Virus record (IMG/VR): IMGVR_UViG_3300032893_000016
Span: 1-64,000 of that record
Source of the DNA: a virus
Length of the DNA: 64,000 nucleotides
Reading direction: 5' to 3' (one strand)
The notes under the pieces: model-generated
Database searches by the model: none
Seen by the model: only the letters and a program-made list of their open reading frames with translations
What the model was told of the DNA's origin: nothing
Shown: positions 55,700-64,000 of the stretch, piece by piece
How positions within the stretch are numbered: the stretch's first letter is position 1
How the letters are laid out: every line of letters begins with the position of its first letter
Program-made: the position numbers and the translations under genes

Positions 55700-58278
55700 G
55701 CGGCCAGCTTCCCCTTCCAGGTGTCGGACGCGTACTCGCCCGCCTTCTTAAGGTCATACCAACTCGGGCCTGCGGACATTTCCACCGTCAAAGGTACATT
55801 GACCCAATCGTAATCCGTGTACAGCATCTCGGTAACCACATCCTGCGCCCATTCATCCGCGCCCTTCTTCTTGCGGAAGAATGTCAAATCGTCATGGATG
55901 AACATATTGCACTGGTAATCAAGGCCGCGCTTGGACAGCCGCGTCGCCGCGCCCATGACGATGAAGGTCTCGCAAGCCTGAATGGGGCTGTTGATGACCT
56001 CGTTCATGGACATAGGCGCATGGCGGATCGTGCCATCCAGACTGATGACGTATCCATTCTGCTTGTAGAACTTAATGGCGCGCTCCTGCCATTCCTTCAC
56101 GCCTTCAAAGGTGTACCAGAACTCGTCATACAGCGGGCTGATGACCTTTTCGGGGATGTCAAGATTGTTGGCCACACTTTGCATGGCCGAGCCAAAGAAC
56201 AGCGGGAACGTCCAGCCATTCTTTACCACATCGCGGAACTTGCGGATCGGATCGTCTTCCAGGTGGAACTCGTCCATACGCCGCGGATATGCCTTGGCCA
56301 GCTTCTCGGTCCACTCCAAATGAATGTCATACCGATCCCAAAGCGCCTTGATGAACGAGCGATCCTGACTGGCCATCGCGATGATGCGCGCCTGAATCTG
56401 GCCGTAGTCGAACGCATAACAGTATTCATCCGAGCCGGGTCGTATCTGCTTGCGGACTTCCTTACCCTCAGCGTCGCGCTTGGGAAAGTTCTGCTCATTG
56501 GGGCCATCGGATGATGTGCGCCCCGTCTTGGTGAAGACCGTGTTCAAGGATGGATGCAGCAGCCCATCCTTCCAATAGTATGCGCCGCCCGGCCCCAGCT
56601 CCCGGATATAGGTCGACAGCATCTTCTCGACGCCGCGAAGGTGGACAATCTTGTCAAGGCCGGGCAGGTCAATTTCGTTCAGCACGTCTTCATCGGTGGA
56701 GTATTTTTCGTTGCCACCGCTATCGGTCTTCCAGCCCTCCTTACATTTGTAGACGTCCTTCAGGAGCTTTTCGACATCGTGGTTATTGGTGGGCTTGAAC
56801 GGCCGCCCGATTACTCTCTTAAACTCTCGCGCAATTTCAGACTTGGCGATCTCGTCGTGCAGATCGCGTGCAATGTCTTCATATTTATGAAGCAGGTCTT
56901 CGTTCTCGTCCGGATCAATAGGCACGCCTTTGAGCTGCGTGAGGACGGCTGTTGGAACGCGAGACATCCGCTCGTTGAAATGCTCTTCACGTTTTGCATC
57001 CCGTATAAGATCAAACTGTCGAACGCCAAGAAAGTAATGGTACCGAGTATCGAGCCCATTATAATGTAGAGTATCTTCCAAAGGCTCATTGAGCATGTCC
57101 TCCTTGTCCAGCGGGCTTAGAACTTTAAGGTCAAAGCCGAAGTGTTGGCGCACGAGGAAGTTCAGGGACAGCGGCCCCTGCCTACCCTTCTCGCCGACAC
57201 GCTCATCGAGCACAGCGGCCTGCACCATCGTGCAAATCCATTCGCCGGCTCGCAGGATGCTGTGCCCGAACAGGTAGCCAACCCACTCCATTTCAAAGGC
57301 CGCATTGTGGACCATCTTGATGACCTTGGAGCACAAGAACGTCTCGAAGGCATCTCGTATCTTCTCAAACTGCGCTTTCGTCCAGTTCGCCCGCGGATGC
57401 TCATAAGGGAAGGCCAGCACCTTCTCGCCCGTGCCAACCGCAATCGTCAGAAGGCGGCCATCATTGTACGGCCGGACAGTTTCGGTTTCAAAGTCCATGC
57501 CGACTGCCCATTGCTCGGCAGCCCATTCAAGGTGTGCGACGATCGTATCAACGTCCTCGTCCGTGCCACCCAGCACAATATCGACATTGATGTCGCGCTG
57601 GTCCACTTCGTGGTAGTACTGATTGACGTCGGCCCACTCGATCTTGTCCAGCTCTTTGAAGACGCGCCTTATGTCGAAGTCGAACGCGCGCTCATCCTCA
57701 TTGTAGATGCCAGCCGCATCGTTCTGCCAATCCTTGCGCTTCTTAAGGAGCTCGGCCGGGCTGACCACCGGGTATAACCAGCACACATGGCCAGCAATGT
57801 TAACCACCGCCCGCCTGCCGCGCCAATCATAGATACGATCGTCGCCTACGGCCCATTTGAGCGCCGCCTGCCCCACGGCAAGAATGGCCTTGGGCTTGGC
57901 AGCGGCAATGTCGCGCTCCACGCTTGGCCTGCAACACTCGACCTCGTACTTGGCGTCGGTCAGCTTGTTACCGGGCGGGTGCGTGCGCACCACATTGTTG
58001 AAGCGGATGTCGCTTTTCCAGTCTTTGGGGATACGCCGGCGTAACAGCAGCCCCGCCTCCCCGGAGAAGTGGTCGTCCTGTTTATCATCGGTCTTGGACG
58101 GGAACTCACCCAGCACATAAAGGAGGGGCTCGGACGCCCCGCTTGGGGCCATGTGGGGGTGGGCGTTCTTAACCTTATCTAAAGGACAAGCTCTACATTC
58201 CAAGCGACGTAGCAATTCCGCGGAAGGTTCTCCCTTCTTGCCCTTGCCCTTGCCCGTGCCTGAGGCTAGGAAACCCAT
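55696..58278 (-). CDS. polA: Family A DNA polymerase with an N-terminal UDG-like domain and 3'-5' exonuclease (SPO1-like architecture)
   Basis: CRACPL..GEFP; DFET, HNAAFE, YNGLD; TGRTSS..PNEQN.P; DYGQIQAR; R...K....F...FG; HDD. Confidence 0.92.
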   Translation of the reverse strand: MGFLASGTGKGKGKKGEPSAELLRRLECRACPLDKVKNAHPHMAPSGASEPLLYVLGEFPSKTDDKQDDHFSGEAGLLLRRRIPKDWKSDIRFNNVVRTHPPGNKLTDAKYEVECCRPSVERDIAAAKPKAILAVGQAALKWAVGDDRIYDWRGRRAVVNIAGHVCWLYPVVSPAELLKKRKDWQNDAAGIYNEDERAFDFDIRRVFKELDKIEWADVNQYYHEVDQRDINVDIVLGGTDEDVDTIVAHLEWAAEQWAVGMDFETETVRPYNDGRLLTIAVGTGEKVLAFPYEHPRANWTKAQFEKIRDAFETFLCSKVIKMVHNAAFEMEWVGYLFGHSILRAGEWICTMVQAAVLDERVGEKGRQGPLSLNFLVRQHFGFDLKVLSPLDKEDMLNEPLEDTLHYNGLDTRYHYFLGVRQFDLIRDAKREEHFNERMSRVPTAVLTQLKGVPIDPDENEDLLHKYEDIARDLHDEIAKSEIAREFKRVIGRPFKPTNNHDVEKLLKDVYKCKEGWKTDSGGNEKYSTDEDVLNEIDLPGLDKIVHLRGVEKMLSTYIRELGPGGAYYWKDGLLHPSLNTVFTKTGRTSSDGPNEQNFPKRDAEGKEVRKQIRPGSDEYCYAFDYGQIQARIIAMASQDRSFIKALWDRYDIHLEWTEKLAKAYPRRMDEFHLEDDPIRKFRDVVKNGWTFPLFFGSAMQSVANNLDIPEKVISPLYDEFWYTFEGVKEWQERAIKFYKQNGYVISLDGTIRHAPMSMNEVINSPIQACETFIVMGAATRLSKRGLDYQCNMFIHDDLTFFRKKKGADEWAQDVVTEMLYTDYDWVNVPLTVEMSAGPSWYDLKKAGEYASDTWKGKLAA

Positions 58279-58722
58279 CTAACTGCCCTTCGCAAAGACC
58301 ATACCCAAAGGATGGCGATGGCTGCCACCATAGTGGTGGCTCGACCATGTTTGCGGCTGGAACTGAAAATCAATAGGAAGGCCGGTCTGTGCCCGCAAGC
58401 GTTCGGAGATTGCGACGGTTAGAAGCGTCCACTTCGGATCATGCTCCCAATGGCCACCCCGGCTTAGATCTTTGTACCCCGCATCAGGAAACTCCGCGAT
58501 GAAGGCTTCATCCTTCATGATGAACCGAACGTCAACGTCACGCCAATCAGGCCGGTGCAAGACAGACCCAACTAGGTAGCAGCCGAACCCATCAAAGGCC
58601 CGGTTGATCTGAATGCACGCCTGATCGAGTAGGAAATACGTTGGAGGACCAATGTGGTCAATTTTCTTGCGCCTAGGTGGTATGAGCGGGGGCTCACATG
58701 CGTACTTGCCGGGCTTGAACAT
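58279..58722 (-). CDS. Minimal nucleotidyltransferase-fold protein
   Basis: YLVGS....RDVDVR..IDFQ. Confidence 0.65.
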   Translation of the reverse strand: MFKPGKYACEPPLIPPRRKKIDHIGPPTYFLLDQACIQINRAFDGFGCYLVGSVLHRPDWRDVDVRFIMKDEAFIAEFPDAGYKDLSRGGHWEHDPKWTLLTVAISERLRAQTGLPIDFQFQPQTWSSHHYGGSHRHPLGMVFAKGS

Positions 58723-59849
58723 TAGACCAGCCGAGTTGACGCCAAATAGGTGAACGTGCCAATCTGGAAGACGGCCGCCTTGTCGGTCAGCATCATCTTC
58801 ATGGGATCATCCTTCTTTTTCTTATCGGCATCCTCATCGGGATTGCTGACGGGCAACACCCGCTTGATGATGGCGGGGTCAACGTTCACCCTGATATTGG
58901 GGTGCTTACCGAAGTCCATCCGATCGTCCAGCTCGCCGAGGCCGCTCTTGGTGTACAGGATGAGCTCCCCGTTCTTGACTTCCATTTCAAGGGTCTCGCC
59001 CGGGAGGCCGGCGAGCAGCACGAGCGCCCGCTCGATTGCATTGGGGAACTGGTCGGGCACTTTCTGGAAGCAGGGCTTGGCCAGCGTGTCATCCATGGTA
59101 TCGAAGAATTTGTAGGGCTTGTTGACGTTGATCATGCGCCCGAAAATGCGGACGCCGTCATCATTGATGGCGTTGACTTCGCTCTCGGAAACGAAAAGCT
59201 TGCCGCCCTTCTTGCAGAGCTTCCTGACCAGCTCGCAGAAGTCGGAGGGGATGCAAACGCGCTTCAGCTTGTAGCCGGAAGGCAGCTTGCCGCGCACTTC
59301 CGTAATGCTGGCGCTATCGGTCGTGTAGGCGTACAGATCATCCTTGTCGGGGATGAACGTGACGCCGAGCTGATCCTGAACCGAAGTGTCGCGGCCCGCC
59401 GACAGCATGACCGTTTCCAGCATGACAAGAAAATCATTGCCAATCGTCCGGGTGGGCTTGCCAGTGACTTCGGGCTGATCCCACACCGAGGCACTCAAGG
59501 GGAGCAGCCCGGCCTCCAGCTTGGCACCAGCGGCCTTCATCCGCATCAGCGCCCCGTCCTCGCCCTCGACCTCTTCAAAGCTGACCGTGTCGGCCCCGCT
59601 GTGGGAAAGGAAGCCGGTGAGCAGCGCCCCATTCATGCCGCCCTTGAAAGGCGACTTGAAAGGTACCGTGATGCCGATCACATCATTGAAGGCCATCAGC
59701 GTGTCGCCGTTAAACCAGACGCACATCAGCGCCTCCAGCGGGCTCTTGGCCGCTACCGCGGGCGCGACCGTTTCAAGTGCCGCCAGCAAGTCCTTCCGGG
59801 GAAGTGTCTTGCCATCATTCGAAGTTGCTTTGCCGCCTCTGGCCATCAT
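58722..59849 (-). CDS. Sliding clamp (DNA Pol III beta-like)
   Basis: About 375 aa; three-domain beta-clamp pattern (L.GV.F..YTTDS, FGRMI..Y); near the clamp loader. Confidence 0.75.
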   Translation of the reverse strand: MMARGGKATSNDGKTLPRKDLLAALETVAPAVAAKSPLEALMCVWFNGDTLMAFNDVIGITVPFKSPFKGGMNGALLTGFLSHSGADTVSFEEVEGEDGALMRMKAAGAKLEAGLLPLSASVWDQPEVTGKPTRTIGNDFLVMLETVMLSAGRDTSVQDQLGVTFIPDKDDLYAYTTDSASITEVRGKLPSGYKLKRVCIPSDFCELVRKLCKKGGKLFVSESEVNAINDDGVRIFGRMINVNKPYKFFDTMDDTLAKPCFQKVPDQFPNAIERALVLLAGLPGETLEMEVKNGELILYTKSGLGELDDRMDFGKHPNIRVNVDPAIIKRVLPVSNPDEDADKKKKDDPMKMMLTDKAAVFQIGTFTYLASTRLV

Positions 59850-60032
59850 CAAAACCCTTGCGTTGCTTTTTAGGCATACGCGCGAGCTTTTCGGGCCTGC
59901 GGTCAGCGGGAATGTCCAATGTACTCTTGACGGGGCTGTGCATATAGAAGTACGACAGAAGCCAAGCGTTGCCTCCGACACGACGAAGCAGCGGGCACCA
60001 AGTCTTCTCACCACGCATGGGAATGGCGTACA

Positions 60033-60284
60033 CTACTCGCACGAGTCCTCCGTTTGCTTGGCGTGTGCAAGGATGGCCTTCACGCGACGTTTATCGTGGG
60101 TTGTGTTGCCCCATGTCCCGTTGAACTTCTTGGAGGGCGGGCGGATGCCGGTGGCGGAAATGGCCGCCAGCCATTCAGGCTTCCATTCGTGGATGATATA
60201 GTGGTACGAATAAAGGCGCGGGCAATCCATTAGCGTCAGGATGCGCGAGCACCAATCATCGTTCCCAGCGTACAGGATGCGCAT
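60033..60284 (-). CDS. Small protein resembling the DpdA N-terminal module (copy 2)
   Basis: MRILYAG..PRLYSYHY; TAATG-coupled to the previous ORF. Confidence 0.6.
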   Translation of the reverse strand: MRILYAGNDDWCSRILTLMDCPRLYSYHYIIHEWKPEWLAAISATGIRPPSKKFNGTWGNTTHDKRRVKAILAHAKQTEDSCE

Positions 60285-60523
60285 TACTCAACCTGTCGGG
60301 CAGCCGCAAGAACGGCCAGCCTCCGCCGCCGCATGTACGATCCATTGTCAAAGCCGCGCCGTTTCTTGCCCGACACCTTCTTTTCACCATGCAGGTAATC
60401 CTTGAGGTCGGCCTTCTCGGTCACCATGAAATAGTAGGACAGCAGCCGCGGTAGATCGCCCAGCGCGTTCAGCACTTGGCGTTGATACTCCGCGGTGGGC
60501 CAAGTTGCGTACACAAGTTTCAA
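60284..60523 (-). CDS. Small protein resembling the DpdA N-terminal module (copy 1)
   Basis: MKLVYAT..PRLLSYYF. Confidence 0.6.
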   Translation of the reverse strand: MKLVYATWPTAEYQRQVLNALGDLPRLLSYYFMVTEKADLKDYLHGEKKVSGKKRRGFDNGSYMRRRRLAVLAAARQVE

Positions 60524-60527
60524 AAGA

Positions 60528-60770
60528 TTACTCGCATTTCAGGAACACCGATGCCAGATAACGGACCTCGGCAAACGGGAACAAAAGTCGCTGCCAATTC
60601 CTAGCCTGATTCTCGGAGAAGCAGAACACAGGCGACCCCTTAAAGAAGATGATACCCATGATGGGGTGAACCAGCCAGTACTTTTCCTTGATGTGAAGCA
60701 CATGGCCTTCCGACGCAAACTGCGCATCGGGCAACGCCTTGTAAGAAACTCTCTGATCGTCAGCTTCCAT
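60528..60770 (-). CDS. Hypothetical protein
   Basis: Overlaps the end of dpdA. Confidence 0.5.
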   Translation of the reverse strand: MEADDQRVSYKALPDAQFASEGHVLHIKEKYWLVHPIMGIIFFKGSPVFCFSENQARNWQRLLFPFAEVRYLASVFLKCE

Positions 60771-61608
60771 GGGAAAGCTTCAGCCGGTGGCGGAACACAT
60801 CTACGCCGGCGTGCTCCTCGAACTTCTTCATAAAGTAGACAATGGCGCGGGCACGAGCTTCATAATCGTGCGCGCAATCCAGCACCGTAACCCCCACCTC
60901 GTTTTCCAGCCAGTTGGATATCATGGCGCGTACCGACGGGCCCATCAAGAGGAAATGGTCGGAAGGGGTGCCCTTGTCACGATCGGTGGCGCTGATGGTG
61001 TGCTTGAGAGGCGCCTCCTTGTAATTGGGCTTTCCGTTCTTGAACTTGGGGATCAGGATTGATCCGTACGCGGCCGTCTGCGCCCATGACGTTGCGTCGC
61101 AGGTCGTCCAAGGGTAGCGGGCCATCAGAGGGAAGCTGCTCATAGCAAAGCCGTGGGTCTTGACCAGCGGCTTGCCCTTGTGATCGGTCAGATAGGTGAA
61201 GCAGGTATCCAGCCAACGCCGGGCCTCAGATGCGCCACACAGATTGGTCGCCGGGGAAAGGCCGATGTAGGGCTCTCTGTCCTGCAACATGCGCTCCAAC
61301 CAGAACCAGCGCTCTCCGCGGTGGAACACAGGAATGGGGGAAAGCCCCGCCTTTTTCATCTTCTGCAGGTTCTGATAAGAGGCGCGGGCACCGGCTTCCG
61401 CATCGTCCGCGGTGCGCTTCTTATCCTTCTCGCCGGGAATCACATCCAGATTGACATAGGTATCAATGTACTGCAGGTTGTCTTTGATGTACTTTATGTA
61501 ATCGTTCAGGTTGATCTCAGTCTTCTTCGTGAACGCGCTGAAAGCCCCTGAATCTAACATAATAAAGACTTTTTCCTTTTTGGGCTCTTCGAGCCTAACG
61601 CGTGTCAT
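60760..61608 (-). CDS. dpdA: DNA 7-deazaguanine transglycosylase (DpdA, TGT fold)
   Basis: LDSGAFS, NLDVIP, PIPVFH.GE, YIGL, THGFA, YPW...D.TSW; next to folE and queC. Confidence 0.85.
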   Translation of the reverse strand: MTRVRLEEPKKEKVFIMLDSGAFSAFTKKTEINLNDYIKYIKDNLQYIDTYVNLDVIPGEKDKKRTADDAEAGARASYQNLQKMKKAGLSPIPVFHRGERWFWLERMLQDREPYIGLSPATNLCGASEARRWLDTCFTYLTDHKGKPLVKTHGFAMSSFPLMARYPWTTCDATSWAQTAAYGSILIPKFKNGKPNYKEAPLKHTISATDRDKGTPSDHFLLMGPSVRAMISNWLENEVGVTVLDCAHDYEARARAIVYFMKKFEEHAGVDVFRHRLKLSHGS

Positions 61609-62053
61609 CAGATGCGTAGCTCCGAATATGGAGGCAGGGCACGTTCAACTCTTGGTACACCTTAATGACTTCGTGCATATCGTCAAAGGCCATCTCAATG
61701 AACCAGCCTTCTCTCCGCACCTTATGGACCATCCCCCGCTTAACCTCGGCCGTCGTTGTGCCCCAGTCGCCATTGGCGCGAGCCAAGATGCGGCTGCCAT
61801 CAATCGGCACGTCATGCTTGTACAGCCAGTCCTGCATTTCAGGGATGGACCCTTCATGCTTGCCGGTAAACAGAAACAACGGATGAACCTTGGCAAGATT
61901 GCGCGCCAGCTTCACCATCTGGTAAAGCGGCGGATCACGGTAGAACTTCTCGTCCCACTCTTTCCACTCTTTCGCCTTGGCGTGGTGAATGCGATGGCTA
62001 GGGTCGGAAAGCGTGCCCTCCATGTCGAACACGTAGCAGGACGGTTTACCCAT
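61595..62053 (-). CDS. HAD-family phosphatase (PNKP phosphatase-like)
   Basis: VFDMEGTL, FTGK, K, AFDD motifs. Confidence 0.8.
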   Translation of the reverse strand: MGKPSCYVFDMEGTLSDPSHRIHHAKAKEWKEWDEKFYRDPPLYQMVKLARNLAKVHPLFLFTGKHEGSIPEMQDWLYKHDVPIDGSRILARANGDWGTTTAEVKRGMVHKVRREGWFIEMAFDDMHEVIKVYQELNVPCLHIRSYASDDTR

Positions 62054-62811
62054 TACAAGTCAGCCCAAAGCTTTCGATGCTTTACAATTACGTACGGAAC
62101 AATCTCCGCCTTGCGGTTTCCATCGTAATGAGTACCATGCTTCATTTCGGAAAGGATGGCAAGGTTGGCTTCAACCGAGAGCGGATCAACCTCGTAGGCC
62201 TCCGGGATGCCAAGCTGGCCAAAGACACCCCAGCGCCGGAAGCATGAAATGCAGTGACCGCAAGGCGTCGGCGTGTTGCTGAGGCACGAGTTCGTGTTAT
62301 GGATTTCCTCCACCGACACGCCACGCTGCAACAAATACTCAACGATCGACACCTTGTTCCAACCGCGGGCGGCCAGCGGAAACATGACCTCCAGGTTGGG
62401 CTTCATCGTCGTGTAGCTGAGGACCGTAGTCATCATATGACGGAACGTGTTATTCTTATCAACCGCCTTGGCGTGGGTTTCACCCGCCAACGCCCCAATC
62501 CACAGCTCATCGGGCAAGGTCATGCAAGCCGCAAGCGCCGCCAGCGCCATGTTGCGACCCGGAATGTAAATATCGCCGGCGAGGCCCATGGTCTTGATCC
62601 CATCCTTGGTCTTGCCCAGCCAGTCGACGCGTCGGATATCAGTTTCGGGCGGGAGGGACCTGATCTCTTTCTCCAAGTAGGGCTGGCCAATGTCGAAGAA
62701 GATTGGATGAACTACGACCGGCTCAGCGCCAATGGGGATGTACCCTTTGCAAAGGTAATACATGGCCAAGCTATCGAGGCCACCCGAGTAAAGGATTGTC
62801 ACCTTGGTCAT
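62053..62811 (-). CDS. queC: 7-cyano-7-deazaguanine synthase
   Basis: LYSGGLDS, IPGRN and SC......CG.C.SC..R Zn site. Confidence 0.9.
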   Translation of the reverse strand: MTKVTILYSGGLDSLAMYYLCKGYIPIGAEPVVVHPIFFDIGQPYLEKEIRSLPPETDIRRVDWLGKTKDGIKTMGLAGDIYIPGRNMALAALAACMTLPDELWIGALAGETHAKAVDKNNTFRHMMTTVLSYTTMKPNLEVMFPLAARGWNKVSIVEYLLQRGVSVEEIHNTNSCLSNTPTPCGHCISCFRRWGVFGQLGIPEAYEVDPLSVEANLAILSEMKHGTHYDGNRKAEIVPYVIVKHRKLWADL

Positions 62812-63383
62812 TTGTTGGCCTCCGCCGCCAGCGCCAGAAACTCCGAGCGAGCCTTGGCATCCTGGAACATTGCACCCCGAAAAGCTGTCGTGGTCGTCCA
62901 CGTTCCTGCAATGCAGACACCCCGGCTTTCCATGCACCGGTGTCGACAGCGCACAAGCACGCCCGCGCCCTTGGCGTCAAGATGCTTGAACAAAGCGTCG
63001 ACTATCTGATTGGTCATCCGCTCCTGAACTTGCAAACGGTGGGCAAAAATATCCACCAGCCGCTTCAGTTTGGAAAGCCCCACGATCCCCTTCTCGCCGG
63101 GGATGTAGGCAATATGCGCCACCCCAAAGAACGGGGCCATATGATGCTCGCAGAAGCTATTGACCGGCAGGTTGGCCTGGAAGATCATTTCATCGTAATG
63201 ATGACCGGCCTCTTCGAAGACCTTGAGGACGTCCTCCGGCTTCTGATTGTAGCCGCTAAACCAATGCTTGAAGGCTTTAGCCACACGTACCGGCGTATCC
63301 TTTAAGCCCTCACGGTCGAAGTTGCCGGGCTCAATCTGCTCCAGCATTGCCCTTACGGCCGCCTGAATTTCAACTTCACGCAC
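62808..63383 (-). CDS. folE: GTP cyclohydrolase I
   Basis: REGL.DTP.RVA, SFCEHH, GLSKL.R, RLQVQER.T, H.CM..RG. Confidence 0.95.
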   Translation of the reverse strand: MREVEIQAAVRAMLEQIEPGNFDREGLKDTPVRVAKAFKHWFSGYNQKPEDVLKVFEEAGHHYDEMIFQANLPVNSFCEHHMAPFFGVAHIAYIPGEKGIVGLSKLKRLVDIFAHRLQVQERMTNQIVDALFKHLDAKGAGVLVRCRHRCMESRGVCIAGTWTTTTAFRGAMFQDAKARSEFLALAAEANK

Positions 63384-63972
63384 GGATAAACAGGCCCCAA
63401 ATCTCAGCGTGCCCGGCACGCAACTCAACTGTCTCTACCGGACATACGGAACTGAACCCATTAAGCTGCATAAAGTGTACTAACCAGCGCTCATCCCAAA
63501 TCGTATAGTGGTACTCCCAAAAGGCCCATTCAGACTTCCGATGGGGCACGGCAATGAAGACAAGGCCATCGTTGGGGTCCAGCATGCTCCGCGCCGCCGC
63601 AATGGCAGCATAGGGATTGTAGACGTGCTCCAAAGAATGATTCAGCACGACGAGGTCGAACTTCTCATCCTTGAACAAATGGCGCAGGTTGGGATCGGTC
63701 ATATCCCAGCGCCGGATATCCAGGTTGAACGGATTGATACTGAAATGAGTGTCGACGCCCGCCACCCGCCGCACAATGCCCGGGTTCATGGACCGAAGCT
63801 GGTTCAGGCAGGTGCCGTAGTCGCACCCCAACTCCAGCACGGACTTGGGCAGCCCAAAATTGTGCTCGAACAGACGATGTGCAAGCCAGTCCATGCCCTG
63901 CCGGGCATAGCTCTCAATCTCCCGCGACCGACCATCATCGTCATGGTTGTGGTGCGCTGTATGCTCCGGCAT
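63376..63972 (-). CDS. Class I SAM-dependent methyltransferase
   Basis: VLELGC..G, FDLVV..HSLEHV, IAVP. Confidence 0.85.
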   Translation of the reverse strand: MPEHTAHHNHDDDGRSREIESYARQGMDWLAHRLFEHNFGLPKSVLELGCDYGTCLNQLRSMNPGIVRRVAGVDTHFSINPFNLDIRRWDMTDPNLRHLFKDEKFDLVVLNHSLEHVYNPYAAIAAARSMLDPNDGLVFIAVPHRKSEWAFWEYHYTIWDERWLVHFMQLNGFSSVCPVETVELRAGHAEIWGLFIRA

Positions 63973-64000
63973 GATTCCTCCTAGAAGGGCTGGACTAGCC

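Noticed and set aside
62053-63428. Host tRNA queuosine operon or QatC-type defence system
   Set aside because: The phage context and adjacent dpdA point to DNA modification; no qatA/B/D-like genes

Overview
About 64 kb from a tailed dsDNA phage (siphovirus-like, roughly 60% GC by eye), probably infecting an Alphaproteobacterium because it carries an RcGTA-type tail-tip module. Nearly all genes are on the minus strand. In transcription order (right to left) the window holds: (1) a 7-deazaguanine DNA-modification cluster (SAM methyltransferase, FolE, QueC, HAD phosphatase, DpdA, and two small ORFs that look like the missing N-terminus of DpdA); (2) replication and recombination genes (beta-clamp, UDG-exo-PolA, DnaX-like loader, UvsY, gp32-like SSB with a very long RGG tail, RecA, resolvase, SbcCD); (3) about 11 kb of small accessory ORFs including an HPRT-like enzyme and two Tat-signal proteins; (4) an extra virion-appendage module containing a 14-residue-repeat protein; (5) terminase, a portal fused to an Acb1-like 2H phosphoesterase, and head genes interrupted by two plus-strand cassettes that share promoter and leader motifs; (6) neck, tail tube, a frameshifted tail chaperone, tape measure and tail tip. 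I saw no integrase, lysis cassette, tRNA or CRISPR array. All calls come from reading motifs by eye; no searches were run.
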